In this document: piece after piece, positions 16,401 to 25,397 of the stretch
Layout of the letters: every line of letters starts with the position of its first letter
Position numbering within the stretch: position 1 is the stretch's first letter
From: Candidatus Melainabacteria bacterium 17Bon1m
GTDB lineage: Bacteria > Cyanobacteriota > Vampirovibrionia > Obscuribacterales > Obscuribacteraceae
DNA length: 64,000 nt
Reading direction: 5' to 3'
Assembly (NCBI GenBank): GCA_032128875.1
Contig: JAVLKG010000002.1
Location: 864,001-928,000 of the forward strand
Translations under genes and position numbers: made by a program
The notes under the pieces: model-generated
What the model was told of the DNA's origin: nothing
The model's input: the letters and a program-made list of their open reading frames with translations, nothing else
Databases searched by the model: none

Positions 16401-17754
16401 AGTGCAAGAAATTTTTGCGCAAGAGCTAACCGGTATGATGGTCCCTTCGGGTGCGCTGAAAGCATCTGCGGCACTTCGTGAGTTTTGCAAATCACAGCGA
16501 ACAGCGTTAGCTGAGCTGCCTGATGAAGAGCAGGAAATATTTGAAGAGCTGGCTTTCAATTATGCGTTGTGTCGAGAGATCAATTTGCTTTCGGTAAAGT
16601 CAGGGTTTTCCAGCTTAACTGCGGTCGTTCCATTGCGCGAAGCGATCACACTTTTGTCAGCTAGTCTGGCTGGACAGACCAATCTGACGGGGGCGGCTGG
16701 TCGGTCTCCTCGTCCTTCGGCACCAGCGAAAAACACAAAACTGTCACTTGTAAAATCGATAATGGGCGAAGATTTTGATCATTCCCTCTTCGTTGATGTA
16801 GCAGCAAAACGTCCTATTCAACTCGATCTATTAGCCCTCAATGAATCAATCTCATGCAATTTGCTGTGTTTGAAAATTCAAGAGCACGCATGTAAACATT
16901 TTGATGAGGGTAAGGGAAAGCGATTCTTGCAGATGATGGACGTACTACAAAAGCGGATAGCTAACACACCCGCAAGACTGTCATTCTGGAATGAATTTAG
17001 GTTGTTGTTCTTAGGGGACGAAAAGACACAGGCTTCAAGTTCGGCTGTCACCACATCAGATCGACTCTGGCTTGCTGAGCAGGTCTTATGTGATTGCGCA
17101 TTTCCGAATAATGTGAAGCCGGGAATTGGCAACGATACAAATACACTGGCCATTGCGTGCAATCTTCTTTGCGATAACAAGCCTTCCACGTATGTTTCTC
17201 TGATCACCAAGTCGGCGATTGATGACTACTTTGAGACCAACGACGGCACGGCGGTGATACCAAGCGATTATGGTAGTTTCTGTGATGATCTTGACGTAAT
17301 TGAGTTGAGAGCGCGAGCCTGCGCCAGTGATTATAGTGATCTGGTTGGAACAACCGATAGACCTCTGCGGAATTTGGCTGGGAAAATTGCTCAGACAGTA
17401 TTGGCAAACATATATTGGAAGCGGCACGCAGTCTCGATACCAGTAATTGAGGAAAACGGTGTTTGGAGATTGTCACCTGACGATGAGCAATATCCTGCCA
17501 CCCAGTTTAATGCTGGTGAGGTCTCATTTATGTCCACTGAAAGTGGGCACGAGCTGCACATTTTACGGGGCAGCGAGAAGAAGATTCTGCATGAGTACAT
17601 GAATGACAGAACACCGGTTTTAGTGCCCAGTCGCAGCCCGAGAATCGACCCGGATTTTCTTCCGGATATCTACAATCAAGTTGCTTTAAACCAGAGAGCC
17701 GAACCTCAATTACTGAATACTGTAGACAATTCGGAGGCGACTCGTGCTTTTTAA
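13483..17754 (+). CDS. Giant alpha-helical hypothetical protein (1423 aa) with an annexin-like repeat
   Basis: Uninterrupted 4.3-kb ORF; charged/poly-Q N-terminus; annexin-like segment near aa 914-978; no Sec signal. Confidence 0.8.
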   Translation: MPPDEEPETREPKEKEPQANDGSPKESARRMTFHLFGAGKSGSEVVVERDSDTTEKDLRNSKASASSASRRKLISIDELKQLAESGGTDARFAQDLLANVVHWQKMPEGEDKNAYAKKQQITAMGMLGRAILELEPQEESQQQSQANQQQQQLQRKQQEKLPDKTADTTAEKSAEKPASAVNPNIVETKAVFLETADLRALREEDLALGRKGGPAEHFLALLDNFRKILKPGQEQDAAVRRVKRMAISLLSGRLKELQTKKVTAGDTGAVNQYAAGSDEDKQFILALKEKVRGETHQHKIPAQFYERRQTVQEWAKELESHVEKLNELNRSADVAEHQEQPVGLNAAMSRANSKKKAVIHSETEIRKALAMMPEREIKDLQSKDEYKQIVSDLLYSANISSATRQAAQIFLTPGWQKSPESVRQLAVIALKDNSFELLKSTCRYCTADVRQGFRQTAEAAEAHKVFSMYGKHLNEVLQYGQESLTTQLGTAEGFAYGWFGLANKEEIKKFVDKASSEDRHRYLLGEKLAERANLDAEEKQAVSFYKEVDAALRAATNPVINSKQYDLLRNKLVGGEEIYAALRELHKDEYFGLVRSNDMKGMRRAVELLSLKDWTSLRDNPGRFADLDMRLRKFLNKQEHHEIMGMLRAKVGDKDKDNLTFEESQKRGRVPIEISLLGSDPEKWNFVWTTQNTNQFEKLQTILQMSQLELNSYLKDKGNPKYLDTLVDAQLDGDCKLIAERTLKLALQTAKLELDEISSALIARLSGEPMSEQMKKFELILTRPGVMARLRSPQDAETKSLRSALDFMVKEFVEAMKRLDLNVGKVNSLTAAEYSKRIFESGALPIDLRLLLSDDCSLSLSELMRLTPEEKKILTAEPQAGGNAFLQKKVFTTYEQQKFAVHLFSSSRKEPSEVDFMRAAIIGFSEDKGKLILRLSSMSPSELTKTTKAYHEEYNSSLAHDFFVAAVGRHRTQVQEIFAQELTGMMVPSGALKASAALREFCKSQRTALAELPDEEQEIFEELAFNYALCREINLLSVKSGFSSLTAVVPLREAITLLSASLAGQTNLTGAAGRSPRPSAPAKNTKLSLVKSIMGEDFDHSLFVDVAAKRPIQLDLLALNESISCNLLCLKIQEHACKHFDEGKGKRFLQMMDVLQKRIANTPARLSFWNEFRLLFLGDEKTQASSSAVTTSDRLWLAEQVLCDCAFPNNVKPGIGNDTNTLAIACNLLCDNKPSTYVSLITKSAIDDYFETNDGTAVIPSDYGSFCDDLDVIELRARACASDYSDLVGTTDRPLRNLAGKIAQTVLANIYWKRHAVSIPVIEENGVWRLSPDDEQYPATQFNAGEVSFMSTESGHELHILRGSEKKILHEYMNDRTPVLVPSRSPRIDPDFLPDIYNQVALNQRAEPQLLNTVDNSEATRAF

Positions 17755-18331
17755 AACAAACGGCGCTTTGGAAAGAATGCATGTTTTTGGCGCATGGCGC
17801 CCGGTTTTTATCATCAATGACTCCAGGCGGATGAACAGCGTCTGGGGAACTGAGACATCGTTCTTGTTGCCGCATGAAGAGCATGATGACGTTTTTATGG
17901 GAGTTTACTTTTCGGGCGATTGCAGCGACGAAAGTTTGGGCTCGTTGCGTCGAACAGAAATTTATGACCGCGCTTTGCACTTGCGCGGTGACGGCAAAGA
18001 GCTTAAGCGAATTCTTGTATTAGCCGGACGCCAGCTCATCGCTCACTCTCACATTCAGTGTAATTCGCTTTCAACTGCTGATTTCAACGGACGAAGGGCG
18101 GTCATCGTTGAACAAGAATGGCTGTCGACTCGACAGACCTCATATCAGATGTTCGTCGACACCTTAGGCGATGGACGAGTCATCTACAACCTCACGTACG
18201 TGGCGCCTAAGAATGTTTACTCTAAGTTTTTCGAACAAGCCAAAGCTTCTTTCGAGACATCTTTGTGGCGTACTGATTTCAATTCACGCGACGCATTGCG
18301 CTTGCTTCAGGATGGTTCGACAGACGATTGA
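17744..18331 (+). CDS. Hypothetical protein, PsbP/Mog1/DUF1795-like C-terminal pattern
   Basis: FNGRRAVIVE...GRVIYNLTYVAPKNVYSKFFEQAKASFET; overlaps the stop of the giant ORF; GGAGG upstream. Confidence 0.65.
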   Translation: MLFKTNGALERMHVFGAWRPVFIINDSRRMNSVWGTETSFLLPHEEHDDVFMGVYFSGDCSDESLGSLRRTEIYDRALHLRGDGKELKRILVLAGRQLIAHSHIQCNSLSTADFNGRRAVIVEQEWLSTRQTSYQMFVDTLGDGRVIYNLTYVAPKNVYSKFFEQAKASFETSLWRTDFNSRDALRLLQDGSTDD

Positions 18332-19656
18332 ACCTGAAATTCCATAGACGGCATCAAATGCGCGCTCCGGTAATACCAGACAAGGATGCCCATGAGGCAG
18401 CAGTTCAGAATGAAAAATCCTACTCCAAGAATTTCATGACCAAATGGAATGAATGCAGGAATTTCAGTCAATAAATAAATACAAAAACTAATTAGAGGAT
18501 AGAGCACCATGATGCGGCTCCAAACAATTGCAGCCGCCGGCAACCCTGTGGTCTCGAAAAAGCTTCTCATTGGCACTACCGCGACTGCGGCGGCGAATAT
18601 CACGAGGTCATAAATATGCGTATGCGGGCTGCTCAGAATGCACATCATTAGCGTCATGGCTATGGCGATGCGAATCTTTGTTTGCGATGCTTTTGATTCC
18701 TTTGATTGCTTTGATTCTTTAGCGACAAATTTGAGCCAGAGGACTAGCATTGCTAAAAACGTAATCGCAAAAACAATCGTGGAAATGTTTAAAGCCAAAT
18801 CGAGGTCCATCAATAGGCTGAGCGGACCTCTGATTGAAACCATCCAGGTTGGGAAAACGGCCGGGTCTGTTTTCTCTGTCTGATGCAAAAGGGCAGGATA
18901 ATCCATTATTGTTTTTACGCCAAATATGAGCGCCGAAACCACTACAAGCAACGCACCACCTACAGCGGCGGAAATAAGAACTTTCCACCGTTGCATTGCA
19001 ATCACTGGTATGACGAGAAAAACAGCATACTGGGGTTTGATTGACATCAGCGCAAGTCCGACACCGCAGGCTGCATCGTTGCCGCGAAACCAACTGTAGA
19101 GCATGAATGCGGCCGCCGCCAAAATGAAGGCGCTGTTTTGCCCGTCGTCCATGAGGTGCTCATATGGATAACTGCCGCCAACACCAAGCAAAAAGAGCAC
19201 GCAAAACAATGTGGAGTACCCATTTTGCTTGAGTATTTTCCACAACCAGAAGCCACTTAACGAGAGCCCAGCAAGACACCAGGCGATGTAAGAAATCAAA
19301 ATCGGCATAGTGGAAAAAGGCGCAAGCATGGCAAAAAACCACGGCACTGATTGTCCCAAAGGAATATGATCGACGCTTATCTTGGCACCAAGAGTCTCGG
19401 TAAGCGTCTTGTTGTAAGCAGCTAGTTGAGTCGCAAATTGATAGATCTGAGAGCGCGCATCAGAAAGAACAATCTTTCCGGCTGAATAAAAGGCTACGTA
19501 GTCGATGAATGAGAACGAATTTTGACCATTGGCTCGAAAGAAGTGGATATTCAGGGATATCTTGAGAACAATGCGGTAGAGAAAACCGATTGCAATGCAC
19601 GCGACAAGCGACAGATAGCCAAAGCAGAGCCGGTTTCGCATTGGTTTACTTAACAT
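18307..19656 (-). CDS. Glycosyltransferase family 87 (DUF2029, GT-C) membrane protein
   Basis: IDYVAFYSAG, DGQNS, SIKPQ, SPHTHIYD; many TM helices. Confidence 0.85.
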   Translation of the reverse strand: MLSKPMRNRLCFGYLSLVACIAIGFLYRIVLKISLNIHFFRANGQNSFSFIDYVAFYSAGKIVLSDARSQIYQFATQLAAYNKTLTETLGAKISVDHIPLGQSVPWFFAMLAPFSTMPILISYIAWCLAGLSLSGFWLWKILKQNGYSTLFCVLFLLGVGGSYPYEHLMDDGQNSAFILAAAAFMLYSWFRGNDAACGVGLALMSIKPQYAVFLVIPVIAMQRWKVLISAAVGGALLVVVSALIFGVKTIMDYPALLHQTEKTDPAVFPTWMVSIRGPLSLLMDLDLALNISTIVFAITFLAMLVLWLKFVAKESKQSKESKASQTKIRIAIAMTLMMCILSSPHTHIYDLVIFAAAVAVVPMRSFFETTGLPAAAIVWSRIMVLYPLISFCIYLLTEIPAFIPFGHEILGVGFFILNCCLMGILVWYYRSAHLMPSMEFQVQSSVEPS

Positions 19657-19821
19657 CGCACCGCCCTTTCAGTCATTTATCAGCCTGCCGGTCGCTGTTT
19701 CGACACTTGGCTTGCCCCGTCACTGCTATTATTTAGAGGATTAGACAGCAGTTGTCTATCAGGCTTGGCAACCCGGTCGCTATTACGAATACTGGCCGCC
19801 GAATCCCCTATTGCGGTTTTT

Positions 19822-22251
19822 ATGAAAGCAAACAAGTACGTCTACAGCGGCATCTTTTTGGCATCACTTGCCACATTGATGTACGAGTTGTTGCTCACTC
19901 GAATCTTCAGCGTTACCACGTGGTATCACTTCGCCTTCCTCGCAATTTCAATGGCGATGTTCGGTACCACAATGGGCGCGATTATCGTTTATCTTGCTCC
20001 CAATAAGTTCACGCCTGAGAACACGAGTAAGTATCAAGCGCAATCGATTCTCGCATTCGCCATAAGCTGTATCCTCGCGATCGTCATCCATATTTCAGTC
20101 CCAGCTTTTCTGCCGCTCGATCCTTCTATAGTCATCGTAGCTTCGCTGTTCATCGCTGTTCCATTTCTTCTTGTTGCTTTCACCCTCAGCAGCATTTGTA
20201 TTTCGCTCACCCTGACGAGATACCCAGAGCAAACTCACAAGCTTTACGCTGCAGACTTTATTGGTGCAGCTGTGGGATGCGTACTTCTAGTTGTTAGTTT
20301 GAATGTAATTGACGGTATCACTGCTGTTTATCTGATAGGCTTTGTTGCCGCTTTATCTGCAATCTGTTTTTCTCTCAATGCCGAGAATCAGAAACTCAAA
20401 TTGATTGCCGCAGCCGTTGCTCTTGCAACTGCCGGATATGTTGGTGTCAATGCATATCTTGCCAATCAAGAGAAGCCGGTAATCAGTTTGACCTGGTCAA
20501 AAGGCGAAAAGGAAAAACTCGTACATTTTGAAAAGTGGAATACGTTTTCACGTATTCGAGTTTTCGGAGAGCCTGATGCTTATCGACGCCCTTTGGAGTT
20601 CGGCTACAGCAAACTTTTGCCAGATGTGAAAATCCGTCAACTCTGGCTGGATATGGACGGTTGCGCTGCTGCGATTCTTTATAAATTCAACGGCAATCTC
20701 AAAGAATTCGAATTCTTCAAATATGATATTTCCAACTTTGCTTATGAATTGATTCATGACGGTAATGCACTGGTCATCGGTGTAGGCGGCGGAAAAGATA
20801 TTCTTGCTGCTCTGGCGCTGGGACAGAAGACAGTTACCGGCGTCGAAATCAATAACAACACCGTTGCCACTATAACAGGCAGGTACGGCGATTACATCGG
20901 GCACTTGGACAACATGCCCGGGGTGAAACTCGTGTGCGATGAAGCACGCAGTTACATTACGCGCTCGAAAGAAAAATACGATTCAATACAAGCGACTCTA
21001 GTTGATACTTGGGCGGCAAGTTCAAGCGGTGCCTATGCACTCACCGAAAGCTCGCTATACACGGTTGATGCTTGGGAAACATTCATAAATCATCTCAGCG
21101 ATCGTGGCATTCTGACGATGACTCGATGGTACAGCCATTATGTACCGTCTGAGATTTACCGCCTTGTCGGTGTCGGCAATGCAGCTCTGAAAGGGGTCGG
21201 TATAGAGAATCCGAGAGCTCACATTGTGCTTGTTCGCTTGATGAACTCAGAACTTGGTGACTCTCTCCATGCCGAAGACGGTTTGGGCACCATCTTGGTC
21301 AGTCGTAGCCCGTTTACTGACGAGCAGCTCGCTTTGGTTGAAGCGCGCTGTAAGGAACTTGGATTTGAGGTTGCTCTAACACCCAAGTTTGCTATCGATC
21401 CAAATCTTGCACTTGCTGCGGAAGGTAAAACTGGTGAGATTGAAAAAACAGTTCCGTATAACTTGAAGCCATCGACCGATGATTGTCCGTTCTTCTTCCA
21501 AACACTCAATCCTTCGCAAGTCTTCAACAAAACCATCTATGCAGGCGGCAGAACGGCGAACAACATCAATTCTGCTGTTGCGCTTTTGTTGGTTTTAGTA
21601 ACTGTCACATTCTTTACCTTCTACTGCTTCCGCCTCCCGATTTTGAGAACCAAAGACAAATCGCAGCTCAAAGGTTCGCTGCCGATATTCGCTTATTTCT
21701 TCTCGATTGGTATCGGCTTTATGCTAATCGAATTGTCGCAAGTTCAGCGCTTTTCGATTACTCTGGGACACCCGATTTACGCACTGGCGGTTGTTCTTTT
21801 CACCCTCTTCCTTGCCACTGGTTTGGGAAGTGTATCCTTCGGCAAACTGTGTGAACTGACTAATAACCGTTTGCATTTACTTCTTGCTTCTGTTCTCGTC
21901 GTTACGGCAATTTTTGGTTTGGCGACTCCCGCACTCGTTCATGCGCTCGCGCCAGAGTCCACTCCTGTGCGAATTGCAGCCAGTATCGCCAGCCTCTTTC
22001 CGGTTGGTTTCGTGCTCGGACTGGGTTTTCCGGCCGGGATGCGTTTAGGTTTCAAACACAGCCAGGTTTTGACACCATGGCTGTGGGGGATCAATGGAGC
22101 CGCGTCTGTTCTCGGTTCGGTACTATCAGTGGTGATTTCGATGTTCCTTGGAATATCAGTAAGTTACTGGTGCGGATTCATTTTCTATGCAATAGCACTT
22201 TACTGCTGCATGCAATTGGAAAAGAGAGAGTCTACTGAGTCTGCCGGGTAA
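19822..22251 (+). CDS. Membrane-bound spermidine-synthase-like / class I SAM-dependent transferase fusion
   Basis: YELLLTRIFS, LYAADFIGAAVG, LVIGVGGGKD, GVEIN, DEARSYI, SLYTVDA, STDDCPFF, WGINGAASVLG; the ORF is open from 19765. Confidence 0.85.
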   Translation: MKANKYVYSGIFLASLATLMYELLLTRIFSVTTWYHFAFLAISMAMFGTTMGAIIVYLAPNKFTPENTSKYQAQSILAFAISCILAIVIHISVPAFLPLDPSIVIVASLFIAVPFLLVAFTLSSICISLTLTRYPEQTHKLYAADFIGAAVGCVLLVVSLNVIDGITAVYLIGFVAALSAICFSLNAENQKLKLIAAAVALATAGYVGVNAYLANQEKPVISLTWSKGEKEKLVHFEKWNTFSRIRVFGEPDAYRRPLEFGYSKLLPDVKIRQLWLDMDGCAAAILYKFNGNLKEFEFFKYDISNFAYELIHDGNALVIGVGGGKDILAALALGQKTVTGVEINNNTVATITGRYGDYIGHLDNMPGVKLVCDEARSYITRSKEKYDSIQATLVDTWAASSSGAYALTESSLYTVDAWETFINHLSDRGILTMTRWYSHYVPSEIYRLVGVGNAALKGVGIENPRAHIVLVRLMNSELGDSLHAEDGLGTILVSRSPFTDEQLALVEARCKELGFEVALTPKFAIDPNLALAAEGKTGEIEKTVPYNLKPSTDDCPFFFQTLNPSQVFNKTIYAGGRTANNINSAVALLLVLVTVTFFTFYCFRLPILRTKDKSQLKGSLPIFAYFFSIGIGFMLIELSQVQRFSITLGHPIYALAVVLFTLFLATGLGSVSFGKLCELTNNRLHLLLASVLVVTAIFGLATPALVHALAPESTPVRIAASIASLFPVGFVLGLGFPAGMRLGFKHSQVLTPWLWGINGAASVLGSVLSVVISMFLGISVSYWCGFIFYAIALYCCMQLEKRESTESAG

Positions 22252-22253
22252 TT

Positions 22254-24455
22254 CTATTTCTCGCTGCCGCCACCGAGCTTCGCGTCAAATTCATTGGCGA
22301 TGCCTTTTTCGTTATGTACTGCATCTGAGTTGGTCCATGGACCCTTCCAGGGAAATTCCGGAATTGCAACAGACAGATCTTCTCTCACATGTTCATCCCA
22401 AAATATTTTCACATTAGGCTTGCGCTTTTTAAGTTTGGCTTCGAAGGCACGCTGCTGCGCGTCTGTCCATTGAACTTTCACTATTTCCAATTCTTTCAAG
22501 TCCGTAATTTCGCAGAGCGCATCGACGCACTTTGGCGTAATGCTGGTTCCTCGAAGAACAATGACTTGCAGCTGCTTCATCTGCTTCAAATGTTCGATAC
22601 CAGCATCTGTAACTTTGGTGTTGCAGGCTACATTCAAGATTTTCAGCGATTTGTTTCTGCTCAAAACGGCAAGGTCATCATCGGTAACATCACAACTGTC
22701 CGCCACCAGCATTCTCAGGTTGTTTAGATTGGCCGCCTCACGAACTACGAGTCGCCCGTTCTTTATATCGATGATGTCGAGAAAATTGAGATTCGGAAGA
22801 CACTTCAATGTAAGTATGTCTTGACCCTTTACCCTCTCGCAAAAGCCAAAAGTAATTCCCCGCAAGGCTGGTAGTGAATCGATGTATTTAAGCTCATCCG
22901 AGCTAAATGTGGATTTCCCAACGTTCAAAAACTTAAGCCCGGTAAAACGAGGAATCACAGAAAAAACTTCTGCCCCACCCTTATTGCGCACGCCACCAAA
23001 ATCAAGTAACCCAAAGTCATTAGGGCCAAAACCATTCCAATACCGCGGGTTTGCAATCAAGTCTTCGCCGGCTTGAAAGCCGATCAAACGTCCCGGCGGA
23101 ATTGCAACCTTAAGCCAGGTCTTTCGCTCGTACCTCTCGTCAAAAGCGAGTAAGCCGAGTTTTTTCATGCCCGCAGGAAAATGGAAATAGCGCGTAGTTC
23201 CGTTGGATTTAAGAAACGGCTCTATGTGTTCTACTACCGGAGCGATCTTTTCTTTATTAGAAGGCTTGGTTACTGTTTCTGTTTCTGGCTTCCTCGTCAA
23301 CGAATTTGTTGCAAAACCAAGTGAGAAACAGACGATTGCTGTGCCTGCCAAAATCGCTATGTTTCGACCTGTTTGTTTTTTCGCTGGAGCCGCGCTCTCG
23401 CGTGGCAAAAACTGCGTTGTTTGTCCTTGCTTGCTGAGAGCAGCCCTTTGAATCTCAAGTTGCTGGGTCTTTGGATCGTCGAGGCTCTGTGACAATGGAA
23501 TCAAATCCAACGCTAATGCATTGCCGGTTTGATATCTGCGATTAGGATCTTTCTCTAAAAGCTTCGCGACGATTTGTTCCACTTCCGGCGGAAAGTTCGC
23601 TCCCAGAGATGCTTCTTTCAACGAAAGCGGTATTTCAGTCTGATGTTTCATCATTGTGCTTAGCGCATTTTCGCCTATGAAAGGCGGAGCGCCCGTGAGC
23701 AAGTCGTAAAATACACATCCAATGGAGTAAAGGTCTGATCGGTGATCGACCATGGTGCCTGTGCACTGTTCAGGACTCATGTACAAAGGGCTGCCAAAAA
23801 TTTCACCGGTCTTCGTTAATGTCTGCTGATTAAACTCATCAATACCAGTCAGTTTTGCAATACCGAAATCGACAAGTTTGATGCCTTCCTTTCCACCTTC
23901 CGTTTCCGGCGGCGTCACCATAATGTTGGTCGGCTTCAAATCTCGGTGAATAATGCCTTGGTCATGTGCGTACTGAATTGCAAATGCAACCTGGATCATA
24001 ATTTCGATGACTCTTTTAACAGGCAAAGATCCTGTGCTTTTGGTCAGATCTGAAAGAGTAGTTCCTTCCACAAGGTCCATGAGAATGAATGGACGACCGT
24101 CCGGCATCAAATCAAATTCATGCACTTTGATCAGATTAGGATGGTCCAGCTTGCTGGCGGCCTTTGCTTCATTTTGAAAACGGCGCCAACTGACGTCGTT
24201 TGCCTGCTGCTTGTTAAGGCACTTCAAAGCAAATTGCCTGCCTAGAAATAAGTGGTCAACACGGTAGACGCTGCCCATTCCGCCCGATCCGAGCAAATCG
24301 ACGATTTTGAACTTTCCCATGATTGTTTCGCCGGGATGCATCGCCAGCGGTGCATCCGTCGATGCAGACTGTGCCGAGACATCTTCTTTTGTGTGGTCGA
24401 AGTCGGTCATATGAAACATTAACGGGGACAATATCCATTTTAGGCCAAAAATCAT
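22254..24455 (-). CDS. Ser/Thr protein kinase with TM helix and C-terminal leucine-rich repeats
   Basis: GSGGMG, ALK, HRDLKPTN, DFG, GSPLYMSPEQ; TM IAILAGTAIVCFSLGF; LRRs (LKILNVACNTKVTDAGIEHL). Start may be ATG 24410. Confidence 0.92.
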   Translation of the reverse strand: MIFGLKWILSPLMFHMTDFDHTKEDVSAQSASTDAPLAMHPGETIMGKFKIVDLLGSGGMGSVYRVDHLFLGRQFALKCLNKQQANDVSWRRFQNEAKAASKLDHPNLIKVHEFDLMPDGRPFILMDLVEGTTLSDLTKSTGSLPVKRVIEIMIQVAFAIQYAHDQGIIHRDLKPTNIMVTPPETEGGKEGIKLVDFGIAKLTGIDEFNQQTLTKTGEIFGSPLYMSPEQCTGTMVDHRSDLYSIGCVFYDLLTGAPPFIGENALSTMMKHQTEIPLSLKEASLGANFPPEVEQIVAKLLEKDPNRRYQTGNALALDLIPLSQSLDDPKTQQLEIQRAALSKQGQTTQFLPRESAAPAKKQTGRNIAILAGTAIVCFSLGFATNSLTRKPETETVTKPSNKEKIAPVVEHIEPFLKSNGTTRYFHFPAGMKKLGLLAFDERYERKTWLKVAIPPGRLIGFQAGEDLIANPRYWNGFGPNDFGLLDFGGVRNKGGAEVFSVIPRFTGLKFLNVGKSTFSSDELKYIDSLPALRGITFGFCERVKGQDILTLKCLPNLNFLDIIDIKNGRLVVREAANLNNLRMLVADSCDVTDDDLAVLSRNKSLKILNVACNTKVTDAGIEHLKQMKQLQVIVLRGTSITPKCVDALCEITDLKELEIVKVQWTDAQQRAFEAKLKKRKPNVKIFWDEHVREDLSVAIPEFPWKGPWTNSDAVHNEKGIANEFDAKLGGGSEK

Positions 24456-24577
24456 GCCGCCAAACCGAAAGCCGTTTATCTGCCGTCAATTCCGGTGTAT
24501 TCTGCCCCGCGAAATGGCCAGAGTCGCCAATTTTGCGTTTCCGCATCCTTGGCGACCCAGCATCCCCAGTCTACACT

Positions 24578-25231
24578 TTATGCGTTTCGTCCGCCCCATC
24601 TGAGCGCTTGTTGGTCGCTCTGACTCAGTTTATTGTTGTTTGCGGCGACTCTCACTTCTGTCATGGTGATTCTTCCGTCGTGGTTGCGGTCTATAAGCTT
24701 GCGGTTTCTTTCTACCGCTTGGTCAAATTGTGCCAGGTGTTCTTGCTGTTCCCCCGCTCTGCGCTCACCTCTGACTCGGCCTTCAATGTCGCCACGGCTT
24801 ACGCGACCATTGCCGTCCCAATCCATTGTCGAAAAGTTTTGGTAAATGTCTTTCAGTGCTCGCGCTTCATTGCTGCTCAATTTCGTGCCTAATCTGTTTG
24901 CGATTTCGTCTCTAGAGAGTCGATTGTCATTGTTGGCGTCGGCTCTGTCGACCAGTCCACGAACTCCACCATCAAGCTCAATTTCGCTCTGTGATTGTCC
25001 TTCTTCTTTCATTGCGACGATTTTCTTCGCCTTGATTACTTTGTCGTCTTTGCTAGAGCTGGCGATTTCGATAGCTGGCAGATAGGACGCTGAGGTGTCT
25101 GAAACGCACATTGCATAAGCAGGTTTGCTTCCTTCGTGTTGAAGAATGTTTTGAATTGACGTGCGCAGTTCAGCTGCGTCCATACGGGAACTTTGGTTCT
25201 CTCTGATTACGTATGCATCACGTTCGCTCAT
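24578..25231 (-). CDS. EF-hand calcium-binding protein
   Basis: Three loops: DANNDNRLSRDE, DWDGNGRVSRGD, DRNHDGRITMTE; AGAGG RBS. Confidence 0.85.
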   Translation of the reverse strand: MSERDAYVIRENQSSRMDAAELRTSIQNILQHEGSKPAYAMCVSDTSASYLPAIEIASSSKDDKVIKAKKIVAMKEEGQSQSEIELDGGVRGLVDRADANNDNRLSRDEIANRLGTKLSSNEARALKDIYQNFSTMDWDGNGRVSRGDIEGRVRGERRAGEQQEHLAQFDQAVERNRKLIDRNHDGRITMTEVRVAANNNKLSQSDQQALRWGGRNA

Positions 25232-25298
25232 GGGTGTCGGGCCTCTCTAGTAAGAATCTGGGGGTGTAAGAGGCGAATTGCGCTGCCTCGTGACTCCT

Positions 25299-25354
25299 AC
25301 TTTAGGGGGCACCTGTGATAGAGAGGCGACGAAACGGTGACAGAACTGTGACAG
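25299..25354 (-). promoter_or_regulatory. Pho-box/OmpR-family-like direct-repeat array plus -10 element
   Basis: Minus strand reads CTGTCAC-agtt-CTGTCAC-cgtt-TCGTCGC-ctct-CTATCAC (11-bp period), 10 bp, then TAAAGT. Confidence 0.65.
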
Positions 25355-25397
25355 CCCCCAAGAGCGGCTGAAAGTGTTTTATTCTTACACAAAGGAG

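Noticed and set aside
17060-17260. Possible degenerate papain/calpain-like motif in the giant protein (NVKPGIGNDT)
   Set aside because: Neither the Gln nor the catalytic Cys is present; too weak to call by eye
18692-18720. 9-bp tandem repeat TTTGATT(C/G)C in the GT87 gene
   Set aside because: In-frame ESK/QSK loop expansion; no phase-variation potential
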